A stretch of DNA of 64,000 nucleotides. It comes from a virus. How positions within the stretch are numbered: the stretch's first letter is position 1; every line of letters begins with the position of its first letter. The position numbers were made by a program, and so were the translations under genes. This document shows positions 45,075-54,768 of this stretch, piece by piece. Below the pieces are notes generated by a model. It was not told the origin of the DNA and did no database searches. It saw only the letters and a list, made by a program, of their open reading frames with translations. The stretch is taken from positions 1 to 64,000 of IMG/VR virus record IMGVR_UViG_3300046834_000025. One strand, given 5' to 3'.

Positions 45075-45614
45075 ATGGACCTCACCCCGGCAAAGACCTA
45101 CGAACAGATGCACAGTGGTCTTCACTGGGCCTTTGGACGGGCGAAGGACTACGTGTGCATCGAGTGTGGCCAGCAGGCTGAAGATTGGGCGTACCAGTAT
45201 ACTTCCATTGATCCTCAAATAGATACGAAGAACAGAGTCTACAGCGAGTCTTTCGATGATTACGCGCCCATGTGCCGTAGCTGCCATCGTCGGTTCGACA
45301 TGCTCAGACCCGAACGGCGCGAAGCTCAGCTAGCCCACCTAGCTCGAGTGCATGCTGCGATCGCAGCCGATCCTGTTGCGCAAGAACGACGCCGCGAAGC
45401 AGGAGTCAAGGGACGACAGGTAATAGCTGAAATGCGGGCACAAGGGGTGCCTATGGCTAGAGGACGGAGAACGGACACTGCAAACCTACGCGTACTAGGG
45501 AAGATGGTTGGGAGTATACGACGACGTTGCAACACTTGTGGACTAGAGACGGCGGCAGGCCCGCTAGCGCGTCATCAGACTAAGTCTGGACATACAGGCT
45601 GGACGGTAGCATAA
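45075..45614 (+). CDS. HNH-like endonuclease
   Basis: CIECG..AEDWAY...YAPMCRSCH. Confidence 0.75.
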   Translation: MDLTPAKTYEQMHSGLHWAFGRAKDYVCIECGQQAEDWAYQYTSIDPQIDTKNRVYSESFDDYAPMCRSCHRRFDMLRPERREAQLAHLARVHAAIAADPVAQERRREAGVKGRQVIAEMRAQGVPMARGRRTDTANLRVLGKMVGSIRRRCNTCGLETAAGPLARHQTKSGHTGWTVA

Positions 45615-47404
45615 TGGATCTACTAGATTGTGACGTGGAGACTTTCAGTACCGTCAACATCAAAAAGACGAACCCGTATGCTTACGTAGAGTGTCCGTCG
45701 TTCGAGGTGTTGATGTGCGCGTGGAGTCTCAATGATTCGCCGATTGAGATCGCCGTGGGCGAAGCTGCAATACGAAAGATTCCGGGACTGCTTGACCCCG
45801 AAGTGAAAAAATGTAGCTTTAACGCGGGCTTCGAGCGGATCGTTTTCTCTGCCATGAGCGGTATGCCAGTCGGCTCGTATCTTCCTCCTGAGATGTGGTT
45901 CGACCCGGCTGCTGTCGCTGCGGAGTATGGACTACCGCGCTCTCTCGAAAAGGTAACGGAAGCATTGAACCTCGAGCGCAAGGATTCAGCAGGCACCAGA
46001 CTGATCAACCTGTTCTGCTCTCCCTACCGTGGTCGGCGGGTGTTCGGCCACGAGCGACCGGAAGAATGGGCTCGCTTCCAAGCCTACTGCATCCAAGATG
46101 TTGTCGCACTTCAGGATGTCCGGCGCAAGCTGAAAGGCTGGCCGTCTACCTTCGAGCGGGACCTCTGGTACGTCGACCAGCGCATCAACGATCGTGGCTT
46201 GAGGGTCGACCTGGACATGGCTCGTGCAGCCGTCAAGGCAGCGCAGGCCAACGCCGAAGAAGCCGAACACGAGCTCATCGAACTAACCGGCGTCAAGAAT
46301 CCCAACAGCATTCAGCAACTCATGAAGTGGCTCATCGACAACGACTGTCCTCTTGCAGACCTGAAGGCTGAGACGGTCGCTATTGCCCTGGAAGCACCGT
46401 TCCCAAAGACGATCATCCGTGTGTTGGAGCTTCGCCAAGAGCTAGCCCTGGTCGCGTCGAACAAGTACATCGCGGCTCTGCGTAGCGTCTCGACGGACGG
46501 CAGGCTTCGTGGGCAGTTCAAGTTCCACGGGGCTCATACTGGGCGATGGAGTTCCAGTGGAGTACAGTTGCATAATCTTCCTCGACAGTCCGATCCCCGT
46601 GAGGCAGAAGCGATTCTCGATCTGGCGCTAGGTCTTGGTGCCCCACCTGAGATGCTGAAGTCTCTCGTGCGACCGATGTTCCTCGGACCCTTCACGATCT
46701 CCGACCTTGCCGGAATCGAGGCCCGCATCCTGGCTTGGCTGGCCGGACAGCAGTGGGTGCTCGATGCGGTTGCAGCCGGTCGAGACATCTACGAGGAAAC
46801 CGCCAAGCGTATGGGGGGCATGACCAGGCAGCAGGGTAAGGTTGCCGTCCTGGCACTCGGCTACCAGGGTGCCGTAGGGTCGATGCGGAACATGGGCTAC
46901 GGTGGTCGAGCCGATCCCAAGAGTGACGCTCAGATCAGGATCATTGTCGATCGCTGGCGAGAGGCAAACCCGAAGATCGTGCAGTTCTGGTACAACCTCG
47001 AGCGCGCGTTCCGTAGTGGTGGCAAGGCGGGTCGCATCATCGTTGAGGCACAGGACAAGGAGCGCCGGATTCTCCTGCCGTCCGGTAGGAAGCTCTACTA
47101 CCACAATGTGACTGCGGGGCAGCGTCTGACGTACCGCCACATCCGTGGGTACCAGGAGGAGACCTACGGTGGTCGGCTGACAGAGAACGTCACGCAGGCG
47201 GTTGCACGAGACGTGTTGGCTGACGCGATGATCCGGCTCGACCGAGAGGGCTACCCGATCGTGGCCCACATCCACGACGAAGCCGTGGTCGAGAGCGATG
47301 CCGTGGAAGAGATTCGAGCCATCATGAAAAAAGTGCCGGACTGGGCAGAGGGTCTTCCTCTGGACGCGTCAGCCGATTACGTTCAACGCTACACGAAGGG
47401 ATAA
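45614..47404 (+). CDS. DNA polymerase, family A
   Basis: DVETFS and FNAGFE exonuclease motifs; HTGRWSS, DLAGIEAR, KVAVLALGY, HIHDE. Confidence 0.92.
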   Translation: MDLLDCDVETFSTVNIKKTNPYAYVECPSFEVLMCAWSLNDSPIEIAVGEAAIRKIPGLLDPEVKKCSFNAGFERIVFSAMSGMPVGSYLPPEMWFDPAAVAAEYGLPRSLEKVTEALNLERKDSAGTRLINLFCSPYRGRRVFGHERPEEWARFQAYCIQDVVALQDVRRKLKGWPSTFERDLWYVDQRINDRGLRVDLDMARAAVKAAQANAEEAEHELIELTGVKNPNSIQQLMKWLIDNDCPLADLKAETVAIALEAPFPKTIIRVLELRQELALVASNKYIAALRSVSTDGRLRGQFKFHGAHTGRWSSSGVQLHNLPRQSDPREAEAILDLALGLGAPPEMLKSLVRPMFLGPFTISDLAGIEARILAWLAGQQWVLDAVAAGRDIYEETAKRMGGMTRQQGKVAVLALGYQGAVGSMRNMGYGGRADPKSDAQIRIIVDRWREANPKIVQFWYNLERAFRSGGKAGRIIVEAQDKERRILLPSGRKLYYHNVTAGQRLTYRHIRGYQEETYGGRLTENVTQAVARDVLADAMIRLDREGYPIVAHIHDEAVVESDAVEEIRAIMKKVPDWAEGLPLDASADYVQRYTKG

Positions 47405-47478
47405 CTGATGAAGCTCATCATGTTCGCGTTCCTGGTCGGCGCGATTCTTTCTGTCAGTATCACACCGAGAGGAAACTG

Positions 47479-47646
47479 ATGAGAGTTGCAGCGCGGGTCA
47501 CCATCGTCATGCCGGACGGCACTACCTACGACTACGCTCCTGGTGAGGCACAGGTCCAACTAGTTGACACCGTCGTTGAGGACAAGAACACCAAGAAGAA
47601 GTCGCCGGTCAGGTACTTCAACATCGTTGCGCCGGTTGTGCCATGA
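47479..47646 (+). CDS. 55-aa hypothetical protein
   Basis: GAGAGGAAACTGATG start. Confidence 0.55.
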   Translation: MRVAARVTIVMPDGTTYDYAPGEAQVQLVDTVVEDKNTKKKSPVRYFNIVAPVVP

Positions 47647-47864
47647 AGGAGTTATGGCCACGACCAGCTAAGCCAGTGAAGGCTCAGGTCTGGCGGAAGT
47701 GGCGGGTCGACTATCAGCTTGCTTACGACGGTGGAGAACTGGCGATGTTCTCCACCTACCACCGGACGAAGTTCGGTGCCTACGTTGCTGCCTGGTGGCA
47801 CTACAACATCGCTTCCTACGGTGGGACAGCGACTCTCTTTCTGAATCAGGAGGACCGGGCATGA
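47643..47864 (+). CDS. Hypothetical protein
   Basis: Coupled. Confidence 0.55.
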   Translation: MKELWPRPAKPVKAQVWRKWRVDYQLAYDGGELAMFSTYHRTKFGAYVAAWWHYNIASYGGTATLFLNQEDRA

Positions 47865-48049
47865 GCTACCAGTTCACCTCTATCGAACGGAGGCATGTGC
47901 TTCCAGACATCTCAGTGCGCGATGGCAAGGCGTACTGGGCCGACACGGACACGCTTATCAACTGGGAGGAACTGAAGACTCTCGGATACGTCATCGAGAT
48001 TGCGGACTGCCCGACATGCGGACAGCCGTTGCCGCAGAAGGAGGAGTGA
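47861..48049 (+). CDS. Hypothetical protein
   Basis: AGGAGG RBS; CPTCGQ. Confidence 0.55.
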   Translation: MSYQFTSIERRHVLPDISVRDGKAYWADTDTLINWEELKTLGYVIEIADCPTCGQPLPQKEE

Positions 48050-48408
48050 TGCCGTCTCGCGCTGAGCTCGCATTGACGGTGCGGTGTCCGTTCTGCCGTG
48101 CCCGACCAGGTGCGCCATGCCTGTACTCCGATGTCAAGCCGAACAAGTACCGCTACGACTGGAAGAAGGACCGGGAAGCTCTCAACGGCACGCCGACCAA
48201 GATGCCTCACCAGCAACGCTTCCATGCTCTCTTTGACAAGGAGACTCGAGATGCGATGCGAGAGCGGTACAGAGACGTGATGGCTATTCGGATGCTGCCC
48301 TACCAGGTGGCCAACATCCGGGCCTTGCGTGAGTTCGATCGGCATGAGGCAGAACAGCTTGCGACCTGGTTCCGTACCTACGGCAGCATCTTCGAGGAGA
48401 TCCGATGA
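48049..48408 (+). CDS. Zn-finger protein
   Basis: CPFCRARPGAPC...PH. Confidence 0.6.
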   Translation: MPSRAELALTVRCPFCRARPGAPCLYSDVKPNKYRYDWKKDREALNGTPTKMPHQQRFHALFDKETRDAMRERYRDVMAIRMLPYQVANIRALREFDRHEAEQLATWFRTYGSIFEEIR

Positions 48409-48423
48409 CCAAGAGAGTGCTTC

Positions 48424-48897
48424 ATGGCTAAGAAGGGCGAGCGGACTGCTGACCGGGTGCAGGTCACCTGTCCGTGTGGCACAGAGTTCGAAGTCACCAG
48501 ACGCCGGTTCGAGGAAGGCCGTGGTCGGCGGTGCTCCAAGCCGTGTACCTACAAGTACATGGAACGCCCAAGTGGTTTGACGTACAACATCGTTCAGGAG
48601 AACGCAGCCTGGAAGAAGCCTGGCGATGAGCCCTGGAACAAGGGCATGGTCATGAAGGACGAGATCACCTACAAGGAGCTTCACAAGTGGGTTGCACGAC
48701 ACCGTGAGAAGACTGGTGTGTGCGAGCACTGTGGAGAAACACGCAAGACCGAGTGGGCAAACAAGAGTCATACGTACCAACGCGACCTGGCCGACTGGCT
48801 TGAGTTGTGTAAGAAATGTCATGGCAAGCATGACAGCGGAGAGAATCGAGGCAAAGCCGTGGAAAAGTTCGGAGTGAAGCAGGTGGCTTGCAGATGA
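48424..48897 (+). CDS. HNH-like endonuclease
   Basis: YKELHKWV...CEHCG..EWAN...WLELCKKCH. Confidence 0.75.
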   Translation: MAKKGERTADRVQVTCPCGTEFEVTRRRFEEGRGRRCSKPCTYKYMERPSGLTYNIVQENAAWKKPGDEPWNKGMVMKDEITYKELHKWVARHREKTGVCEHCGETRKTEWANKSHTYQRDLADWLELCKKCHGKHDSGENRGKAVEKFGVKQVACR

Positions 48898-49988
48898 CCA
48901 AGCGCGTACTCCTCAGCGGAGCGGGTGGCTTCGCTGGCTCGCACGCTCTGCGGCACATCCTGGCGACGACAGACTGGGATGTCGTTGCGCCGGTCACGTT
49001 CTCTCACAAGGGTCTCAGCGACCGTATCCGACTTGCGATGGACGACATGCCGGAAGCCGCCACACGAGTCAAGGTCCTACGCTGCGACCTGGCCGCGTCG
49101 ATCAGTCCCGTGACGGACGACGCCTTCGGCCACATCGACTACGTGCTGAACTTCGCCTCTGAGTCGCACGTCGATCGCTCCATCCGGCAGCCTGGTCCGT
49201 TCATCCGCAACAACGTTGCACTCATGACGCACCTGCTCGACTGGGCGGCCAGCCGTTCAGAGCTCCAGGCTTTCATCCAGATCTCGACGGACGAGGTGTA
49301 CGGTCCCGCGCCAGTCGGCTACAACCACCACGAGTGGCACGACCAGCACTTGCCGTCGAACCCGTACAGTGCGAGCAAGGCTGCGATGGAGGACATCGCC
49401 TTCGCGTACTGGCGCACCTACGATCTGCCGATCGTGATCACGAACACGATGAACCTCGTCGGCGAGACGCAGGATGCCGAGAAGTTCGTGCCGATGACGA
49501 TCAGCAAGGTTCTCAACGGCAAGCCGATGACCATCCACGCCAGCAGGTCCGGCAAGCCTGGCAGTAGGTTCTACCTCCACGCTCGCAACCAGGCTGACGG
49601 CGTGCTGCACGTCCTAAAGTACCTCACGCAGGCAAGGACGGTCGAGTTCCAGGGCAGCACCCGCCTCTCGTGGGATCACGTCACCGACCAGGAGACCGGC
49701 GAAAGCCTGCTCCATAGCGAGGGTGGCACCAAGCCGTTCCGCTACCACATCGTTGGTGAGCGCGAGGTTGACAACCTCGAGATGGCACAGATGATCGCTC
49801 AGGCAGTTGGAAAGCCGCTGCAGTATGACCTCGTGGACTTCCATTCGAGTCGTCCTGGACACGATCTTCGCTACGGGTTGGACGGCGAGAAACTGGCAGG
49901 CATCGACTGGGCACCTCCGGTGCCGCTGGACGAGAGCCTGCAGCGCATGGTGAAGTGGACCCTCGATCACCCGGAATGGCTGCTATGA
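48894..49988 (+). CDS. dTDP-glucose 4,6-dehydratase-like (RmlB) NAD-dependent enzyme
   Basis: GAGGFAG, ASESHVDRSI, ISTDEVYG, PSNPYSASK, RPGHDLRY. Confidence 0.9.
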   Translation: MTKRVLLSGAGGFAGSHALRHILATTDWDVVAPVTFSHKGLSDRIRLAMDDMPEAATRVKVLRCDLAASISPVTDDAFGHIDYVLNFASESHVDRSIRQPGPFIRNNVALMTHLLDWAASRSELQAFIQISTDEVYGPAPVGYNHHEWHDQHLPSNPYSASKAAMEDIAFAYWRTYDLPIVITNTMNLVGETQDAEKFVPMTISKVLNGKPMTIHASRSGKPGSRFYLHARNQADGVLHVLKYLTQARTVEFQGSTRLSWDHVTDQETGESLLHSEGGTKPFRYHIVGEREVDNLEMAQMIAQAVGKPLQYDLVDFHSSRPGHDLRYGLDGEKLAGIDWAPPVPLDESLQRMVKWTLDHPEWLL

Positions 49989-50504
49989 CCAAACGGTGTC
50001 CCCGGTGTACGCGAGATCTTCCACACTCTGAGTTCGGAAGGGATAGCTGGAAACGAGACGGCCTTCAAACCTACTGCCGGACATGTTGTTCAGCGAGAAT
50101 GCAAGAGCACAAGATTCGGACAAACAAGCGTTGTCCAGACTGTGAGGCTCTCATCAGCCCCTATCGAGATCGTTGCCGCAAATGTTCTACTCTGGGTGAG
50201 AGAAGTGCTCGTTGGATCAGTGGACGGCAGAGGGATCGGAAGGGCTACGTTATCCTCAGCATAGCACAAGCACCGGGTGCTCTCAAGACACGACAGGGGG
50301 GGACAGATAGCTGAGCACCGATACGTCATGGAGCAGATCCTTGGTCGCGCTCTCCTCCCAACAGAAACCGTCCACCACAAGAACGGGGTCCGGGATGACA
50401 ACCGACCTGAGAACCTCGAGCTCTGGTCTACCAGTCAGCCACCAGGCCAGCGAATCGAGGACAAGCTCCAATGGGCTCGTGAGTTCATCCGGCTGTACGG
50501 TTGA
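49985..50504 (+). pseudogene. HNH endonuclease frameshifted at a G7 tract
   Basis: N-terminal part stops at 50314; EHRYVME...VHHKNGVRDDNRPENL lies in the +1 frame; G6 at 50296-50302 would fuse them. Confidence 0.75.
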
Positions 50505-50517
50505 TCACCCGGAATGG

Positions 50518-50547
50518 TTGCGTTGAGGCAGGTCACCGCGTTATGAT
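50518..50547 (+). promoter_or_regulatory. SigA-type promoter
   Basis: TTGCGT-N18-TATGAT. Confidence 0.6.
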
Positions 50548-50661
50548 GACGAACAGCAGGGTCCGTGGTGGCCCGGAGGCAACGAAGACTACGAGCACTA
50601 GAGGTACACGTAGCTCGCTTCCCCTGTTACTAGTCTCCCTTTCAAAGACGAGAGGAAACCG

Positions 50662-50964
50662 ATGTCAACTGCCTCAATCTCAGGCACCATCGCCGGTTCC
50701 CGTCCTCTGTCACTAGGTTTCAACGTCGCCACTCCTCCACTTCTCATGGGTCGCAGCGTACTTCCGTGCGCCGGTCGTGCGAGCTTGTTCTTCCCCGCCA
50801 CCTACCGAAACTGGGCACGAGTCCGAGAGGCTTGTGCCCTCTGTGACACTTGTCCTGTAGTTCGCGAATGTCTGGCATGGGCCGTCGCCAGACCTGACCT
50901 CGACGGTATCTGGGGCGGGACCACACCGCCTCAACGTCGCCGAATACGAACAGGGAAAATCTGA
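50662..50964 (+). CDS. whiB: Second WhiB-family protein
   Basis: C...LFFP...CDTCPVVREC...GIWGGTT. Confidence 0.85.
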   Translation: MSTASISGTIAGSRPLSLGFNVATPPLLMGRSVLPCAGRASLFFPATYRNWARVREACALCDTCPVVRECLAWAVARPDLDGIWGGTTPPQRRRIRTGKI

Positions 50965-52040
50965 TGCCAAAGCACGTCGTTGTGATCCCTGCCGACCACG
51001 GCGGATGCGGCCAGTACCGGCTTGTCTGGCCAGCACAGGCAGTCGCACACGCCCGACCAGACTGGCACGTCACGGTTCTTGAGCCAGATGGAATCCAGGC
51101 AGGCTTTCGCGACGGCATGTTCACTGGTGTTCGAGGCTTTCCGAACCCGCAGCCAGACTTGCTCGTAATGCAGAGAGTTGGCACGCCTGCGCAGTTCCAC
51201 ATCTTCAAGTGGGCGAGCGAGCAGGGTATCGCTACCGTGGTGGACTTCGATGACGCTATGTGGTGCATCGACAAGGACAACCTCGCGTGGAGAGCGTGGA
51301 ACGTCCGCAACCCTTACAACCAGCACTGGCGCACCTGTGAGGACGCCGCGAGGATCGCGGACCTGGTGACCGTAACAACTGTTGCACTGGCACAGCGGTA
51401 TGGCAAGAACCACCATCGTACCGAGGTCATCCCGAACAGGGTGCCGATCGCGGCGACCGGTCTTCCTCGCCACGAGGACAACGAGGTCTTCACGGCAGGG
51501 TGGTGCGGGTACACCAAGACGCACCCTGGCGACTGTACGGTGAGCGCGCCTGCAGCCCACGCCGTCTTGGACGACGGCGGTGCTCTCCGGGTCGTGGCCG
51601 ACCCCCTTGGTGCCGCGACCGAGTGGGGCATCGATCCGGCCAGGGTCGACCCCATCGGGCCGCAGAAGTTCGGGCCGGAGTACTACCGTTCGATCTCGAG
51701 GCTCGACCTCATGTTGGTGGGCCTCAAGGACACACCCTTCAACAGAGCCAAGAGCTTCCTCAAGGTACTTGAGGCTGGTGCCGTAGGCACGCCGTCGATT
51801 GCACCGGACAACCACCCGCACCGAGCCCTTGCCGCCACGGGTTACCCTGTCATTCTTGCGAGCTCACCGAGTGAGTGGGCCGATGCTGCAAAGCAGATCA
51901 AGGGCATCTGGGAGGCAGACGGACCAGAGTATATGCGCGAGCTTGTGTCTGACGCAACCGCCGCCAACTGGACGATCGAAGGCAACGCTGAACACTGGGC
52001 ACAAGCTTGGGAGCGCGCGATGCAAAGGAAGCACGGATGA
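50964..52040 (+). CDS. Glycosyltransferase (GT-B-like)
   Basis: GCGQYRL, VVDFDD, ADLVTVTT, FNRAKSFLKVLE. Confidence 0.8.
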   Translation: MPKHVVVIPADHGGCGQYRLVWPAQAVAHARPDWHVTVLEPDGIQAGFRDGMFTGVRGFPNPQPDLLVMQRVGTPAQFHIFKWASEQGIATVVDFDDAMWCIDKDNLAWRAWNVRNPYNQHWRTCEDAARIADLVTVTTVALAQRYGKNHHRTEVIPNRVPIAATGLPRHEDNEVFTAGWCGYTKTHPGDCTVSAPAAHAVLDDGGALRVVADPLGAATEWGIDPARVDPIGPQKFGPEYYRSISRLDLMLVGLKDTPFNRAKSFLKVLEAGAVGTPSIAPDNHPHRALAATGYPVILASSPSEWADAAKQIKGIWEADGPEYMRELVSDATAANWTIEGNAEHWAQAWERAMQRKHG

Positions 52041-52621
52041 AGAGACTGAAGTTCGCTGTCATCACAACGCACAACCGGCCAAGAGACTACCGGGACTGCT
52101 TGGCAGCGATTCGACCTCAAGTCGACCAGGTCTACACCGTCAGCCACCATGCGCCGTACACCAAGAAGTACCACGACCAGACAGCGGTGATCACGTTCCC
52201 GGATGCCCTGATCAACATCTCTGAGGCATGGAATCTCGGCTTGCGCGCGGCTGCTGTCAGAGCCAACTCTCATCCCTACGATGTTGCCGTCCTGAACGAC
52301 GATGCGATCGTGCCGGAGACTTGGTTCGAGACTGTAACAGCCTCAATGCGTAGGCTCAAAGCTTCTGCCGGTGCAGCACGTCGTAGGGACGATCCTCGCA
52401 TGGCAGGCTTCGCCTTCATCCTGGACGGCGGAGCAGGCATCTACGCCGACGAGCAGTTCCAGTGGTGGTATGGCGACACTGACATCGAGCGCCGTGTCGG
52501 CACGGTCGCTCAGCCCAACGGACTCGTGGTCGAACACCGGCATCCGAACTCGACCACGATCGGTGCCCTGGCCGAGATCGCCAAAGCAGATGCCCGTCGC
52601 TACGATCGGAAGTGGGCCTGA
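52037..52621 (+). CDS. Glycosyltransferase (GT2-like)
   Basis: VITTHNR, WNLGL, VLNDD, WWYGD. Confidence 0.8.
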   Translation: MKRLKFAVITTHNRPRDYRDCLAAIRPQVDQVYTVSHHAPYTKKYHDQTAVITFPDALINISEAWNLGLRAAAVRANSHPYDVAVLNDDAIVPETWFETVTASMRRLKASAGAARRRDDPRMAGFAFILDGGAGIYADEQFQWWYGDTDIERRVGTVAQPNGLVVEHRHPNSTTIGALAEIAKADARRYDRKWA

Positions 52622-53121
52622 TGCACCCTGAAGCGCGAGAGGGCTTCGCACGGATGCTGGTGGATTCCGGCATCGATCCGTCCGACCGGATGCAAGTTCT
52701 CGATCTCGGTGGCCAGAACGTCAATGGGACGGTTCACGACCTGTTCACGCACCCTGGCACTGTCGTCACTACACTCGACCTGGAGAACGCCGACATCATC
52801 GCTGACGCGACGAGGTGGTCATCCGGCAAGCGGTACGACCTGGTGATGGCGACAGAGGTCTTCGAACACGTCAAGAACTGGCGTGCCGTGATTGAGACGG
52901 CATGGTCTGCACTGCGACCGGCTGGTGTCCTGATCGCCACCTGCGCCTCGACCAACCGGCCAGTCCACGGTGCGACCGGCGCACCGGCTCCGGCACCAGG
53001 GGAGTGGTACGAGAACGTCACGCCGGACGAACTGTCCGATGTGCTTGTCTACCTGTTCCACCGCTACAACATCGAGTACCGTTATCCTCCTGGCGATGCG
53101 TACATGTGGGGTGTCAAGTGA
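52621..53121 (+). CDS. SAM-dependent methyltransferase
   Basis: VLDLGG, YDLVMATEVFEH, LRPAG. Confidence 0.85.
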   Translation: MHPEAREGFARMLVDSGIDPSDRMQVLDLGGQNVNGTVHDLFTHPGTVVTTLDLENADIIADATRWSSGKRYDLVMATEVFEHVKNWRAVIETAWSALRPAGVLIATCASTNRPVHGATGAPAPAPGEWYENVTPDELSDVLVYLFHRYNIEYRYPPGDAYMWGVK

Positions 53122-53318
53122 GCGTTCAAGAGTCGATCGTTCGCGTCCAGAACCACGTCTGGACTCTCGACCTGGCCACGAACATGTGGAGCCTGTACGA
53201 CATGACTTTGCACCAAGTCAATCACTACTGGTGGTTGACGTGTGGCGATGGCTCGCAGTACAACTGTGGACCGGAGTCCGGTCCTGCATTCGAGCGAGCA
53301 ACCCGCTATGCACAGTGA
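53118..53318 (+). CDS. Hypothetical protein
   Basis: GTGA coupling. Confidence 0.5.
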   Translation: MSVQESIVRVQNHVWTLDLATNMWSLYDMTLHQVNHYWWLTCGDGSQYNCGPESGPAFERATRYAQ

Positions 53319-53889
53319 CGTGACGGTTGTCATACCGACCATCGCACCTCGTGCGCACATGCTCGAGCGCGCGCTGAGAAGCGTTGACATCCAAACCTAC
53401 TCTCAGCTAGGTACCATCGTGGAGACCGACACGCAGCATCTCGGCGCAGCCATGACCAGGCAGCGCGGACTCGAACAGGTGCATACCAAGTGGGTTGCGT
53501 TCCTGGATGACGACGACGAGTTTGAGCCGTATCACGTTGAGTCCCTTCTCGAACACGCTTGGAAGACAGACGCAGACTTCGTCTTCTCTTGGTACCGTGT
53601 AATCGGCGGAACCGACCCTCGTGCAGACGAGTTCGGCAAGCCGTGGGACGAGTACAACCCCCGCCAGACCACGATCACGACCCTCGTTCGCACGGAACTC
53701 GCTCTGGCCGTTGGAGGATTCGTCGACCCGGACGACGATCTGCTGTCACCTGGTCGGCAATGTGCCGGAGAAGACTTCCGATTCACTAAGCGGATCAACA
53801 AGGCGGGCAAGATCGTTCATTTGCCAGAGAAGACATGGCGCTGGTACCACCACAGTTCGAACACGAGCGGTCTACCAACTCGCTGGTAG
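53308..53889 (+). CDS. Glycosyltransferase (GT2)
   Basis: VTVVIPT, WVAFLDDDD, GEDF. Confidence 0.88.
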   Translation: MHSDVTVVIPTIAPRAHMLERALRSVDIQTYSQLGTIVETDTQHLGAAMTRQRGLEQVHTKWVAFLDDDDEFEPYHVESLLEHAWKTDADFVFSWYRVIGGTDPRADEFGKPWDEYNPRQTTITTLVRTELALAVGGFVDPDDDLLSPGRQCAGEDFRFTKRINKAGKIVHLPEKTWRWYHHSSNTSGLPTRW

Positions 53890-53922
53890 TCTGTGTTACA
53901 ATGGAAGCGAAGGGAGACCGAC

Positions 53923-54201
53923 ATGATCTTACGCCCGCACCCACGGTTCACCACAGCGCGCTTCCGCGCGATTCAAGAGGTAGAGGAGGGCCGAGTCACG
54001 TACTGGCATGGCATGATCTCCGAACACGAGCACCAGGAAAACTGGCTCGTGGATGGCCAGCGAGTCAACCCGACGGCATACAACTGGTTGCGCGAGTTGG
54101 ATCTTGTCAAGCGCGTTCCAGGTATCGGCCAGCCGCACGCGATGATGCTCACCCCGCGCGGCCTAGAAGCCCTCGAACGAGAGACGGTGCGTACCGCATG
54201 A
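53923..54201 (+). CDS. Winged-helix-like hypothetical protein
   Basis: LTPRGLEAL; upstream TG-TACAAT. Confidence 0.55.
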   Translation: MILRPHPRFTTARFRAIQEVEEGRVTYWHGMISEHEHQENWLVDGQRVNPTAYNWLRELDLVKRVPGIGQPHAMMLTPRGLEALERETVRTA

Positions 54202-54560
54202 TCCAGTACAAGACAATCAATCTCGGTGAGATGGTTGCTGCGTTGCAGGCATTGCCTGCCGATGCAGTGATCCTCGACACTGATGGTACCATGTTCTCCT
54301 ACCGTGGCTACTACGATCAGTTGGCACTCAATCTCGCCCCTGGTGAGCAGGCCGACAAGGACGTGCTGTTGACCTTCGCCACGGCGGCTCTCGCCGGACA
54401 GACCTTCCACGGGTACCGAGGTGGTGAGTACTTGGCAACTGACACCACCGCTGTCTTCGTGGCTGCATTCGGTGAGACGAGCGACCTGCGGCTGATGGGC
54501 TTCCGCCCGTCAAATGCAGCCTACGAAATCGAGGTAGTCAGCGTGGTACCGATCTTCTAG
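54198..54560 (+). CDS. Hypothetical protein
   Basis: SYRGYYDQLA...FHGYRGG, a recurrent phage family. Confidence 0.7.
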   Translation: MIQYKTINLGEMVAALQALPADAVILDTDGTMFSYRGYYDQLALNLAPGEQADKDVLLTFATAALAGQTFHGYRGGEYLATDTTAVFVAAFGETSDLRLMGFRPSNAAYEIEVVSVVPIF

Positions 54561-54766
54561 AGGCTACCACGACGGCGTAGCTGCATCAGCGACAGCACCA
54601 GAGTGGCCACCAGGGCAGCCGCCACCGTCCTGACGGCACCGGCATAGACTGCGCTGGCCGCGATCAGACCGACCACCAGGGCGACCGCCAGGAGCCGTCC
54701 GACCAGGGTGCTGATGACTTCGCGTGTCGTCAGTGCCTCTCGCCAGCCTCGAAGTTCGTCGCGCAT
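54557..54766 (-). CDS. Small membrane protein (holin-like)
   Basis: Two TM segments at the end of the tail operon. Confidence 0.55.
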   Translation of the reverse strand: MRDELRGWREALTTREVISTLVGRLLAVALVVGLIAASAVYAGAVRTVAAALVATLVLSLMQLRRRGSL

Positions 54767-54768
54767 GA

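Noticed and set aside
17505-47404. dZ (2-aminoadenine) or 7-deazaguanine DNA pathway
   Set aside because: DUF5664 and polymerase A are present but no purZ, dpdA or que genes occur in the window
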